Positions 27,527 through 35,255 of a stretch of 35,255 nt of DNA are shown here, piece after piece. The notes beneath the pieces are model-generated. The model saw only the letters and a program-made list of their open reading frames with translations. It searched no databases and had not been told where the DNA came from. How positions within the stretch are numbered: position 1 is the first letter of the stretch; the number at the start of each line of letters is the position of its first letter. This stretch comes from Candidatus Melainabacteria bacterium (GTDB lineage Bacteria; Cyanobacteriota; Vampirovibrionia; LMEP-6097), in contig JAYVUR010000224.1 of assembly GCA_043787715.1 (NCBI GenBank), forward strand, positions 1-35,255, read 5' to 3'. The translations under genes and the position numbers were made by a program.

Positions 27527-27996
27527 TACTTAATATACTCTGGAGTTATAGTCCTAGAGCCAGATCCAGCTGGGAAGAAAACACTTGCTGATTCTTGTTT
27601 ATTTCTATCTCTAAACATCAAGTCTATGTTTTCTTTTTCTTTAGCACCTGCAGCAACTGCTTGCACGCCCTTGGTTGACATTAAATCTGGAAGATCAACA
27701 GCAATACCTGCTTGCTCTACATTCATTGATGCATCTTGCCTAGCAGTGTCAGCGATTTTTTGTACGGTTTCAGCCTTGGCTCTTAGCTTGGCAGCTTTAA
27801 GATCTGTTTTCACAGCAGCCATTAATTTCTCTAATGCTTTTTCTTGATTTTGCAAGCGCTGATACTGAGCTTGGGCATTCACCAGCTTGTCTTGCGCGTA
27901 TATTTGTGGATCGCTATACTCATCTTGCGCATAAACCGCAGGAGTGTTAATCACACTTATAAAAATTAAACCGGCAACAAATAATCTCTTCATCAT
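27526..27996 (-). CDS. Exported coiled-coil protein
   Basis: Signal peptide MMKRLFVAGLIFISVINTPAVYA, then a Gln/Lys/Ala-rich helical region. Confidence 0.55.
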   Translation of the reverse strand: MMKRLFVAGLIFISVINTPAVYAQDEYSDPQIYAQDKLVNAQAQYQRLQNQEKALEKLMAAVKTDLKAAKLRAKAETVQKIADTARQDASMNVEQAGIAVDLPDLMSTKGVQAVAAGAKEKENIDLMFRDRNKQESASVFFPAGSGSRTITPEYIK

Positions 27997-28016
27997 AAGA
28001 GAAATTATAAGACCAG

Positions 28017-29051
28017 TTAGCTATTCAGTAAAGCAAGTAAATCTTGGAAATTAGCCCAAACCTTACCGCTTAAGACAGTCTCTAAAGCTAGATCATAGTT
28101 TCGCCTTAGTAAGCTAGTGAGACTGGTACCAGCCGCCAAAGCTGCTAAATCTCGATCTAGTAATAGTAAGAGTGCGGCATTAAGACAAGCAGTCTCGAGC
28201 TTGGGCCTGTCAATAATGCTGCCATCAAGCAAGCCAGCTATGATAGCAGCGTTCTCTGGAGCTGAGCCGCCAGTAAGCTCACTAATACTAGAGCGTTTAA
28301 GCCCTATATCCTCAGGCCTAAACTCATAACTCAGCTTGCAAGCGTCCCCCTGCTTCAAATCTGCAAACACAAAATGCAACTCTGCTTCACTGCAAGTACT
28401 CAGCTCATCAAGCCGCAAGCCTCTAGAACGCAAGAGCGCGGCTCTATCCAGATGCCCATCTTTAATAAAGTTTTGCAGTGCCCCCTCTAATGGCTCTAGC
28501 CAACGGCGCTGCCCCACGCCTATTACTTGACCTTTAAGCTTAATTGGGCTTGTTAGCGGACCCAAGAGGCTAATAAAACCAGTGGTTTTATGCTGACGGC
28601 AAAGCGTCTTCACTCTAATTAAGAGTTTGCCCGTAACCCGGCTAGCAAAAAAAGCTAAATTATGACGCCTAAGTCCCTCAAGCTTAAGCTGATAATTAGC
28701 AGAGAAATTAAAACCAAGTGCTTCGAGCACATCAACTGAGCCAGATTTACTAGTCGTACTGCGGCCACCATTCTTGGAGATAGCAAGCCCAGAACCAGCC
28801 GCAATAATAGCCGCCGTAGTAGAAATATTAAAAGTATTAGCACCATCTCCGCCTGTACCAGCGCAATCATAAACAGCTAAGCCTGTCTCAATACGCGGTT
28901 CTTGTTGAAAAATATAACTAGCAAAAGCATGCAACTCAGCGGCGGTTTCGCCGCGTTCGTGCCAAGAGCTAATAAAATCGAGCAAATCTGAGTCGCTAAG
29001 GCTATCTAGCTTAGCGAAGAAAGTATCTGGATTAAGTAAATCAAACAGCAA
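28017..29051 (-). CDS. trpD: Anthranilate phosphoribosyltransferase-like protein (glycosyltransferase family 3, TrpD-like)
   Basis: CAGTGGDGANTFNISTTAAIIAA and SKSGSVDVLEALG are present. The canonical KHGNR is KNGGR here. No other trp genes are in the window. Confidence 0.7.
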   Translation of the reverse strand: MLFDLLNPDTFFAKLDSLSDSDLLDFISSWHERGETAAELHAFASYIFQQEPRIETGLAVYDCAGTGGDGANTFNISTTAAIIAAGSGLAISKNGGRSTTSKSGSVDVLEALGFNFSANYQLKLEGLRRHNLAFFASRVTGKLLIRVKTLCRQHKTTGFISLLGPLTSPIKLKGQVIGVGQRRWLEPLEGALQNFIKDGHLDRAALLRSRGLRLDELSTCSEAELHFVFADLKQGDACKLSYEFRPEDIGLKRSSISELTGGSAPENAAIIAGLLDGSIIDRPKLETACLNAALLLLLDRDLAALAAGTSLTSLLRRNYDLALETVLSGKVWANFQDLLALLNS

Positions 29052-29475
29052 CTAAATGATCAAAATGCTGCTTGCGCTCATTTTCAATTATCATTGCAGC
29101 CTTAGTAAGCGAACGCGGGAACTCACGGCCACGCATTAATAGCTGTTCATCCCAAGAACGTGGTTTGAAAACATCAACGATATTGCGAACCGCTTCGCGC
29201 ACGTCAAAATCCTTACAGCTAAATATATCTACAGTAAGAAAACCCTTATCAGGGAAAGTATGGAAAGCTATATGACTTTCAGCGATTAAAACTATACCGC
29301 TAAGGCCCCAATCGTCCTCTACAAGACCATTGTATTTAAACACGTAAGGAGGCATTATTTTGGTCATCCCCATCTTGCCTGGAAGTTCGTCTAATAAATC
29401 GGTTAATACTGATATATCTGTAAGAGATTTGTATTCACAGCCACAGGCTTCCATTAACAAGTGCGGTCCAAACAT
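29041..29475 (-). CDS. speH: S-adenosylmethionine decarboxylase proenzyme, small pyruvoyl-dependent type
   Basis: LIAESHIAFHTFPDKGFLTVDIFSC contains the E-S self-cleavage site. GGGAGGA lies upstream of the ATG. Its 3' end overlaps the start of the trpD-like gene by 11 nt. Confidence 0.85.
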   Translation of the reverse strand: MFGPHLLMEACGCEYKSLTDISVLTDLLDELPGKMGMTKIMPPYVFKYNGLVEDDWGLSGIVLIAESHIAFHTFPDKGFLTVDIFSCKDFDVREAVRNIVDVFKPRSWDEQLLMRGREFPRSLTKAAMIIENERKQHFDHLVAV

Positions 29476-29539
29476 TAAGCTATATTCCTCCCATAATCCT
29501 TTTCGATAGACATGAATAGTAACAGCAATACCTAATATT

Positions 29540-30391
29540 GTGAAGCTTGAATCATTAATATTTACTAATAATAATCTGCGGGCTATTTCAGCCTGTAATA
29601 CCTATTGCCCTAATATGTGTTATCATATGTATGGATATATTATGGATGGAGTCCGAGCTACTGCCAACCCTTCTTTGCCTGTTGCCGCGCCACCAAGCCA
29701 ATTTAGGCCGAATATAACCGAAAGAGCAAGCCAAGCAAGCTATATATCCAACGCTGAAACGGAGGCTTTGCATACTCACATTGAAGCTGCTGAGCCTATT
29801 AATCAAACCCCATCAATCGCAAATACCGGCATGAGATTATTCACCGGCGGTTTTAGAATAATCGCTGGGCTAGGAGCCGCCTTCGGTGGTGTCGCAACCG
29901 TAACCTGTTTATTTCTTTTTAGTGCCAAAATTGCTTTTCTTTGTGCCTTGCCTACGCTTGCGGCACTAGCTGGCTATATCGCACTGAAACCCAAAGAAGA
30001 ACTGCAGATGAGTTTCAAAGCAGAAAATCAGAATCTCCTCGAGCAAATTGCTAGCGATGACGAAGTAGCTAAGCCACACTTAATACTTAGTCGGGCAAGA
30101 GAAGTGACCAGCGCACTCAATAATGCCAGAAACAATTGGGGCAGCCTTAATCCAGAACAGCGCAATAAGCTACTGCAGACCCTTGAGAATGTCAAAGGTA
30201 AACTTATGAAAGTTCAAGAGCTTTATCAAGAGCTTGCCAACCAAGGTAAAGCGGGCTTGGCTAAATTACACCCAAACTGTTCTTTAGATCAGCTCAATAA
30301 CATGCTTAGACTTATAGATGACACTAGTCCTGACTTAGCGGTAAAGATAGGGCGTAAACTGGCTCGAGAAGGCAATCCTGCTAATAACTAA
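29540..30391 (+). CDS. Membrane protein with a bilobed hydrophobic hairpin and a C-terminal coiled coil
   Basis: FRIIAGLGAAFGGVATVTCLFLF-SAK-IAFLCALPTLAALAGYIAL is followed by helical Gln/Leu/Asn-rich sequence. The start is ambiguous: GTG 29540, or ATG 29615, 29627 or 29642. Confidence 0.6.
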   Translation: MKLESLIFTNNNLRAISACNTYCPNMCYHMYGYIMDGVRATANPSLPVAAPPSQFRPNITERASQASYISNAETEALHTHIEAAEPINQTPSIANTGMRLFTGGFRIIAGLGAAFGGVATVTCLFLFSAKIAFLCALPTLAALAGYIALKPKEELQMSFKAENQNLLEQIASDDEVAKPHLILSRAREVTSALNNARNNWGSLNPEQRNKLLQTLENVKGKLMKVQELYQELANQGKAGLAKLHPNCSLDQLNNMLRLIDDTSPDLAVKIGRKLAREGNPANN

Positions 30392-30723
30392 AGTGGTAAT
30401 TTATCCTTAGTCAGCTTTTCTTTCGCGCCAACACGTATATTTGTTACAGCTAATTCTTCACGCACCCCGTCTGTATGCAAGATTTTACGCGACGCCTTAG
30501 TCTTGCCATCTACTACCACGCTTGAACCTCTGCGTAATTGTAATTGTTTATTAGTTGGTACTATCAAAAACACCAACACCGCAATCAAAACTACTACCAA
30601 CCCAGCAAAAATAATTCCACCCCACAAACGCACCTTACGAGTCTCTTCTGAACTAATCGCCGTAAGCTGCATTGGATCCCAAAAAGCGTTAAGGTGAGTT
30701 TCGTGCTCGTGTTCTTTATTCAT
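30388..30723 (-). CDS. Small single-pass membrane protein
   Basis: 111 aa with one TM segment, WGGIIFAGLVVVLIAVLVFLIV. Its start overlaps the end of the upstream SBP gene by 8 nt. Confidence 0.5.
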   Translation of the reverse strand: MNKEHEHETHLNAFWDPMQLTAISSEETRKVRLWGGIIFAGLVVVLIAVLVFLIVPTNKQLQLRRGSSVVVDGKTKASRKILHTDGVREELAVTNIRVGAKEKLTKDKLPL

Positions 30724-32257
30724 GTTTAGTAATTTGATCTAAGAAAGCTATATCCATCGAGTTTATCATAAGCCCAGAAATATTCGCTCGCTGCACTATT
30801 GTTTGTGTATTAGTAAATAGCGGGGCTATAACACAATAATCCTTAAGTAACATGGTTTCAGCATCTAAATATAGCTTCTGTCTCAGCTGAAGATTTGCCA
30901 TACTTGCAGCGCGCTCTATCATCGCATCATAATTAGCATTAAAAAACCCGGGATAATTAATAGGATTCTTCGTCATAAATAATTGCATAAAAGTATCTGG
31001 GTCAGGATAGTCAGCCGTCCAATTCAGCCTAAAAACATCTGGTGGATTAGCATCCAGGGTACTAAGGTAAACCTTCCACTCCATACTTCTAAGTTCAACT
31101 GTGATGCCTAGTTCACGCCGCCACATCGCTTGCAAAGTCTCAGAGATTAGCTTGGCTTCTTCTGTACTTGGAAAAGCAAAAACTAATTTAGGGTTCTGCT
31201 TGCGTGCAAGTTTGAGTTCGGCGCGTGCGAACTCCGGATTATAAGCTGTATCCGGATTAGCAAGATCCGCATGAAAATATTCTGGCAAACCACTAGGTAT
31301 CCAACTTGCGCTAGGCTGATAACCGCGAGCAAGCGCAGCAGTAAGAGCACGCCTGTCTATCGCATAAGCCAAAGCCTTACGCAGATGAACATCATCTAGT
31401 GGTGCATGCCTAGTATTAAAACCTACATAAGTACTCCTAAGTAGTGGCTTACGCATCAAACGCTCATCCTGAGCAAGATTCTGCTCTATATTCCTCAATT
31501 CACTACTGGGCAAAGATCTACCATCAACAAAATCTAGTTGATGATTCTTATAAAGAGTATAAGCTTGCGACTGCTCCTCAACCATAAAAAATTTAATGCG
31601 CTTGACTTGCACTGGCTTAGCGAAATAATTATCAGCACGCTCAAGTTCTATCTTATATTCGTGCTGCCATTTACTTAGCTTATAAGGACCATTAGTCACA
31701 AGTTTAGTGGGGCTCGTCCATTGATCGCCATATTTATTAATAAGATCTAGCCTAATTGGTAGCATCAAACCATAAGCAGTTATATAAATAAAATAAGCAG
31801 CTGGTTTCCTAAGCTTGATATAAAGAGTCTGAGCATCTATGGCTTTAGTCTCCTCAAGATCAATCAGCGAGAGGAGTTCGGCGTAAGGTGCAGCGGTATT
31901 AGGATCAAGAGTGCGCCTAAAAGAATCCACGAAGTGTTGTGCCGTAACCAGCACGCCATCAGACCAACGCGCCCGCGAATCTAGATGAAAAGTATAAGCA
32001 TCTTGACTTGAACTCACTTCCCAACTAGTAGCCAGCATCGGTTCTACCTTAATACGCCCAGAATCATCTTGAGCGTAGCGGGTAAGCCCAACCATAATAT
32101 TAGAGATCACATCAAAAGAGTAAGAATCACTAGCTTTATTCCAATCAAGAGTCGCCGGCTCATGAGCAAGATTAAGCCTAAGGGTATTAGGATCATCAAC
32201 ACGACTACAGGCGCTAGACAAGAATAGAATCAAAGCTAGTCTTAGTAAGGCTTGCAT
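30716..32257 (-). CDS. ABC-transporter family-5 (peptide/nickel, OppA-like) substrate-binding lipoprotein
   Basis: Lipobox LFLSSAC. The size is 513 aa. Family-5 patterns include …WSDGVLVTAQHFVDSF… and …NGPYKLSKWQ…. No permease or ATPase genes are adjacent. Confidence 0.8.
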   Translation of the reverse strand: MQALLRLALILFLSSACSRVDDPNTLRLNLAHEPATLDWNKASDSYSFDVISNIMVGLTRYAQDDSGRIKVEPMLATSWEVSSSQDAYTFHLDSRARWSDGVLVTAQHFVDSFRRTLDPNTAAPYAELLSLIDLEETKAIDAQTLYIKLRKPAAYFIYITAYGLMLPIRLDLINKYGDQWTSPTKLVTNGPYKLSKWQHEYKIELERADNYFAKPVQVKRIKFFMVEEQSQAYTLYKNHQLDFVDGRSLPSSELRNIEQNLAQDERLMRKPLLRSTYVGFNTRHAPLDDVHLRKALAYAIDRRALTAALARGYQPSASWIPSGLPEYFHADLANPDTAYNPEFARAELKLARKQNPKLVFAFPSTEEAKLISETLQAMWRRELGITVELRSMEWKVYLSTLDANPPDVFRLNWTADYPDPDTFMQLFMTKNPINYPGFFNANYDAMIERAASMANLQLRQKLYLDAETMLLKDYCVIAPLFTNTQTIVQRANISGLMINSMDIAFLDQITKHE

Positions 32258-33174
32258 CAGTTGCGCGGCGCTACTGCCGTCTCGAAACTTACCCTGGTAT
32301 CACTGCCCTCGTCATAGAGATTAACCTTAATAACGAAGAGTCTGTCGTAAGTAGAACCAGAATAATCAAAAATTACTGTTGATTTATAAAGCGAAAACTC
32401 TGGGATTAAATCTTCTTCACGCTTAACATAGCCAACATAGCTACGTTTATAAATATTTTTATCATCTGGCGTATCTGCTTCAACCAGCTCAGGTGGCATA
32501 AACGGCCAATCGACGGCCTGTGATTCAGTGTATTGGGTGGATTGATTCTTATAAACCAGCATCTTGAGCTTGGCACTCTTGCTTAGTTGCGGGTCTGGTC
32601 CTCTATCGACATCCACCTTAGGCTTAGCGAAATAATATAAGTAGTAGTCATAACTATTAATAGTAGAGAACTGCGCGCCCGGATTAAGCACGCCCTGCTC
32701 AGACTTCATCTCTAGTCCGGACTTTTGTTTTTTGAATGGATTAATAACCGTGGTATCCAAACTACGCCAAGGAGAGTCACTGGCAGCAGGCTTATTGCCA
32801 ATAGGCTTAGGGGCAGACTTAGTAGCATCAATATCAAAACTAATATTAGGCACAGCAAAATATATATAAGGCTTGTCTAAGATCGCATCCTCGGGAAAAG
32901 GCACACCCGGACTATAGCCATCATCAGTGAAGATATAGTCACGGCTGGCATGCTTAATGCGCTCAGCTAAATCTTCCAGCGCCACTCTAGCGTTGCGCTG
33001 CAAAAGTCCAAATTTAAAACTCTTATTAAACAGTCTATATCCATCGTTATAGTAGGCATATAACAATCCCGTCACAGCTCCAAGTATGCTGATGATGACC
33101 ATAAGTTCTACTAAGGTGTGACCTTGTTTATTGCGCACTATTTCTAGTATGACCGCCACTAGCCGACCCTGCAA
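32257..33174 (-). CDS. Prepilin-type N-terminal cleavage/methylation domain protein (large pilin or pseudopilin-like)
   Basis: NKQ/GHTLVELMVIISILGAVTGLL is a class III signal. The likely true start is GTG 33138, which gives MRNKQ|GHTLVELMV. The mature part is about 290 aa with no recognised fold. Confidence 0.7.
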   Translation of the reverse strand: MQGRLVAVILEIVRNKQGHTLVELMVIISILGAVTGLLYAYYNDGYRLFNKSFKFGLLQRNARVALEDLAERIKHASRDYIFTDDGYSPGVPFPEDAILDKPYIYFAVPNISFDIDATKSAPKPIGNKPAASDSPWRSLDTTVINPFKKQKSGLEMKSEQGVLNPGAQFSTINSYDYYLYYFAKPKVDVDRGPDPQLSKSAKLKMLVYKNQSTQYTESQAVDWPFMPPELVEADTPDDKNIYKRSYVGYVKREEDLIPEFSLYKSTVIFDYSGSTYDRLFVIKVNLYDEGSDTRVSFETAVAPRN

Positions 33175-33190
33175 GTAATATACTTAGGGT

Positions 33191-33763
33191 ATGCCTTTGG
33201 TTCTTGGTGTCACCGGCAATATCGCCTGCGGCAAGTCTCTTGTCGGCAAATACCTGAGCGAACTGGGTGTACCAGTACTTGATAGTGATGAGGTGGTACA
33301 TCAGCTCTATGCTAGCGACCTTAATGTCCAACAAAAGTTATTAGCAGAATTCGGCACTTGCTCGCGCGACGAGATCGCCAAGCAAGTCTTCTTAGCCGGA
33401 GCTGAGGCTAAACGTAAAAAACTAGAAGAGATTATTCACCCTCCTGTAGCCAAGATCTTCGAAAATTGGGTCATAGAGCACTCTAAAGCGCCAGTTATAG
33501 CTAATTTAGTACCGCTACTATATGAAGCTAAACTAGAAGGGCGTTATGACAAGATACTAGTTATAGCGACTAGCCCAGAACTACAACTAGCTCGCCTTAG
33601 TGCAAGGCAGCCGGAACTTAGCCAAGAGGCTCTAGAGCAGCGCATTAAGTCACAAATGCCCCAATATGAGAAAGCTAGTCGCGCGGATTATCTTATAGAT
33701 AACTCTGGGTCGGAAGCTGATTTAAGGCTTCAAATCAAGGATTTAATCGAAAAGCTAAGGTAA
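33191..33763 (+). CDS. coaE: Dephospho-CoA kinase
   Basis: VLGVTGNIACGKS P-loop at the N-terminus; 190 aa. Confidence 0.85.
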   Translation: MPLVLGVTGNIACGKSLVGKYLSELGVPVLDSDEVVHQLYASDLNVQQKLLAEFGTCSRDEIAKQVFLAGAEAKRKKLEEIIHPPVAKIFENWVIEHSKAPVIANLVPLLYEAKLEGRYDKILVIATSPELQLARLSARQPELSQEALEQRIKSQMPQYEKASRADYLIDNSGSEADLRLQIKDLIEKLR

Positions 33764-33884
33764 TATTAATGCAAGTTAATCTCTTTTTATGTAAAAGCAC
33801 TTTACTTTTCAGCCCCGCTGGGCTAGGATTATGGGTCGATGCCTGAAAGCTAGGTTATTTATGATGCTTTAAGGTTGTCGGGTA

Positions 33885-33913
33885 TTTACAAATAACATAA
33901 TGTATCGTATAAT
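33885..33913 (+). promoter_or_regulatory. Sigma-70-like promoter TTTACA-17 nt-TATAAT upstream of the RHH gene
   Basis: -35 at 33885-33890 and -10 at 33908-33913, followed by a purine-rich gagaggagagaagaggaaag and then ATG 33946. Confidence 0.5.
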
Positions 33914-33945
33914 TACATTTTGTTAGAGAGGAGAGAAGAGGAAAG

Positions 33946-34191
33946 ATGTTAGAAAATAGACAAAGAAAAAAAACCGGCCCTAAGCCAATATATGGTGAAG
34001 CCAAAAAAATGGTTTCTTTCCGTCTTAGCCCTGAAGCTCTTTCAATCATTAAGACTTTGGCCGACAAAGAAAACCTCAGCCAAGCCGAGGTAATCGAAAG
34101 ATGGGCGAGATTGTTTAGAAACGCTGGCACAGCTGCTACCGCAACTGCTCAATTCGCAGAGAACCGCGAGCTAGTTGGCGCGCAACGCTAG
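33946..34191 (+). CDS. Ribbon-helix-helix (CopG/Arc/MetJ-like) small DNA-binding protein
   Basis: KKMVSFRLSPEALSIIKTLADKENLSQAEVIERW fits a beta-strand, helix, helix pattern. The N-terminus is basic. Confidence 0.55.
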   Translation: MLENRQRKKTGPKPIYGEAKKMVSFRLSPEALSIIKTLADKENLSQAEVIERWARLFRNAGTAATATAQFAENRELVGAQR

Positions 34192-34216
34192 AGACAGAGT
34201 TACAAGCTAATTTTCT

Positions 34217-34245
34217 AAAAACCACCCCAAAAAGGGTGGTTTTTG
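34217..34245. terminator. Bidirectional intrinsic terminator between the convergent RHH gene and secF
   Basis: aaaa-accaccc-caaaaa-gggtggt-ttttg: a 7-bp GC-rich stem flanked by an A-run and a T-run. Confidence 0.75.
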
Positions 34246-34256
34246 CTTTACTGCAT

Positions 34257-34283
34257 GTCATCCTGAGCATAGCGAAGGATCCC
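34257..34283. repeat. Solo arm of the palindromic repeat family, in the orientation opposite to 6919-6950
   Basis: gtcatcctgagcatagcgaaggatccc lies 4 nt from the secF stop codon. Confidence 0.8.
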
Positions 34284-34287
34284 TAAG

Positions 34288-35220
34288 CTACTGTAAGACA
34301 TTATTTTTACGAAAAATCACTAATAGCGGGCTAGCAATAAAAATACTGCTATAAGCACCGACAAGTAGACCAGCAAACATAGCTGCAGCAAATATACGCG
34401 TACTCTCTCCGCCAAGGAAGTAGAGAATCGCAAGAACTATAAGCACGCTAAGCGAGGTGTTCAAACTGCGCACCACCACTTGATCTATGCTGTGATCGGT
34501 AACGGCATCGAAGCCATAGTTTTTGGTTTGCAACTTCTGATTCTCACGAATACGATCGAAGACAACAATAGTATCGTGAATAGAGAAGCCAAACACTGTC
34601 AGCAAGGCTGTTATAAACAGCATATCCACTTCTAGTCCGCGATAAAGACCTAGATAAGCAAATAATCCAGTAACAATAGTTACATCATGCACTAGAGCCG
34701 CAATTGCACTAATGGCGTAGTCTTTGCGGAAACGAGAAGATATATAAAGAACAATTGCAACAAGTGTAACCAGCAGCGCTGTGATACCACTGCGAAACAG
34801 CTCAGGTCCTATCACAGGACTAACTGTGTCTATAGATTTGATTTCAAAATCACCATATTCAGTCTTCAAGGCTTCAGCAAGCTTGTCAGCGACTGGATCA
34901 TCAGAAATCGCGCGAGTGCGCAGTATAAGAATAGGATCAGCATCCTTGGTGATCATCACTTGACTGCCAGCAAGACCAATAAACTTGAGTGTGTTCTGCA
35001 CCGCTTCTGAGCTTAGAGCTTTGCCGTTAGCCTTGAGCTGAGCGCCATTGAATTTATATTCAATCTTGGAGCCGCCCGTAAAATCTAGCCCCGGACGCAC
35101 CGGCGCACCAAATACAGTAATAGACTGCACTATAAAAAATATGGCGGCGCTAAGCAGGCAACCAGAAAAGATGAACCAGATTGGGGTTAACTTAATAACA
35201 TTGAGGCTAGGTTTGGACAT
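34288..35220 (-). CDS. secF: Protein translocase subunit SecF
   Basis: 310 aa with about 6 TM segments. It has GLDFTGGSKIEY and …FGFSIHDTIVVFDRIREN…. Confidence 0.9.
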   Translation of the reverse strand: MSKPSLNVIKLTPIWFIFSGCLLSAAIFFIVQSITVFGAPVRPGLDFTGGSKIEYKFNGAQLKANGKALSSEAVQNTLKFIGLAGSQVMITKDADPILILRTRAISDDPVADKLAEALKTEYGDFEIKSIDTVSPVIGPELFRSGITALLVTLVAIVLYISSRFRKDYAISAIAALVHDVTIVTGLFAYLGLYRGLEVDMLFITALLTVFGFSIHDTIVVFDRIRENQKLQTKNYGFDAVTDHSIDQVVVRSLNTSLSVLIVLAILYFLGGESTRIFAAAMFAGLLVGAYSSIFIASPLLVIFRKNNVLQ

Positions 35221-35255
35221 GACAAACTTAGTATAACAAAAACGTGACGTAAGTC

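Noticed and set aside
27065-27996. mreC-mreD assignment for the exported coiled-coil protein plus the 5-TM protein pair.
   Set aside because: The 156-aa upstream protein lacks the beta-barrel domains and length of MreC, and no mreB is nearby. The resemblance is limited to topology and size.
31464-31474. tcatcctgagc inside the OppA-like gene, resembling the repeat-family core.
   Set aside because: Only an 11-nt match with no flanking gcgaagga arm. It encodes ordinary protein sequence (LAQDERL) and is most likely chance.
33769-33846. 25-codon hydrophobic ORF (MQVNLFLCKSTLLFSPAGLGLWVDA) 5 nt after the coaE stop.
   Set aside because: It has no SD or promoter, is very short, and overlaps a weak hairpin (agccc-cgct-gggct). 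There is no way to distinguish it from chance without expression or conservation data.
1-35255. CRISPR arrays, tRNA/rRNA genes, transposases, integrases, reverse transcriptases, restriction-modification or other known defence systems.
   Set aside because: No regularly spaced direct repeats were seen. Intergenic regions hold no T-loop/acceptor patterns. None of the ORF translations shows the corresponding catalytic motifs.

Overview
The window looks like a bacterial chromosomal segment of roughly 40-45% GC by eye, with few Shine-Dalgarno sequences. The lineage cannot be assigned from sequence alone.

Backbone: well-recognisable housekeeping genes include smc (5' part), a class I ribonucleotide reductase alpha subunit, ybaB-recR, gatC-pyrG, radA, a UPRTase-like gene and a class I/II aminotransferase. 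Also present are rpmG (59 aa, missed by the ORF track), an HDOD protein, mrp/apbC, an acyl-CoA dehydrogenase, ung, a trpD-like gene, speH, an OppA-like lipoprotein, a prepilin-like protein, coaE and secF.

Orphan genes: between these sit genes with no recognisable family.
- a 1325-aa signal-less protein with a coiled-coil tail
- two orphan genes at 4040-5792
- a block at 19.2-24.3 kb containing a signal-less SLT lytic transglycosylase and a secreted EEP-fold enzyme
- a membrane protein with a bilobed hydrophobic hairpin plus coiled coil

Most notable non-genic signals:
1. A short palindromic repeat family (core GGGRTCCTTCGCTNNGCTCAGGATGAC) has five arms in the window. Three arms lie inside ORFs and keep the frame open: an insertion of about 30 codons in radA, and a complete 72-nt hairpin (exactly 24 codons) in the aminotransferase.
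2. A 394-bp intergenic block between radA and the giant gene is locally GC-rich and free of stop codons in four of six frames. It looks like an unassigned structured RNA or leader.
3. A perfect 34-bp AT-rich palindrome covers the radA start. Next to it is an opposite-strand mini-ORF with the best Shine-Dalgarno site in the window.

No CRISPR array, tRNA, rRNA, transposase, integrase or known defence gene was seen.
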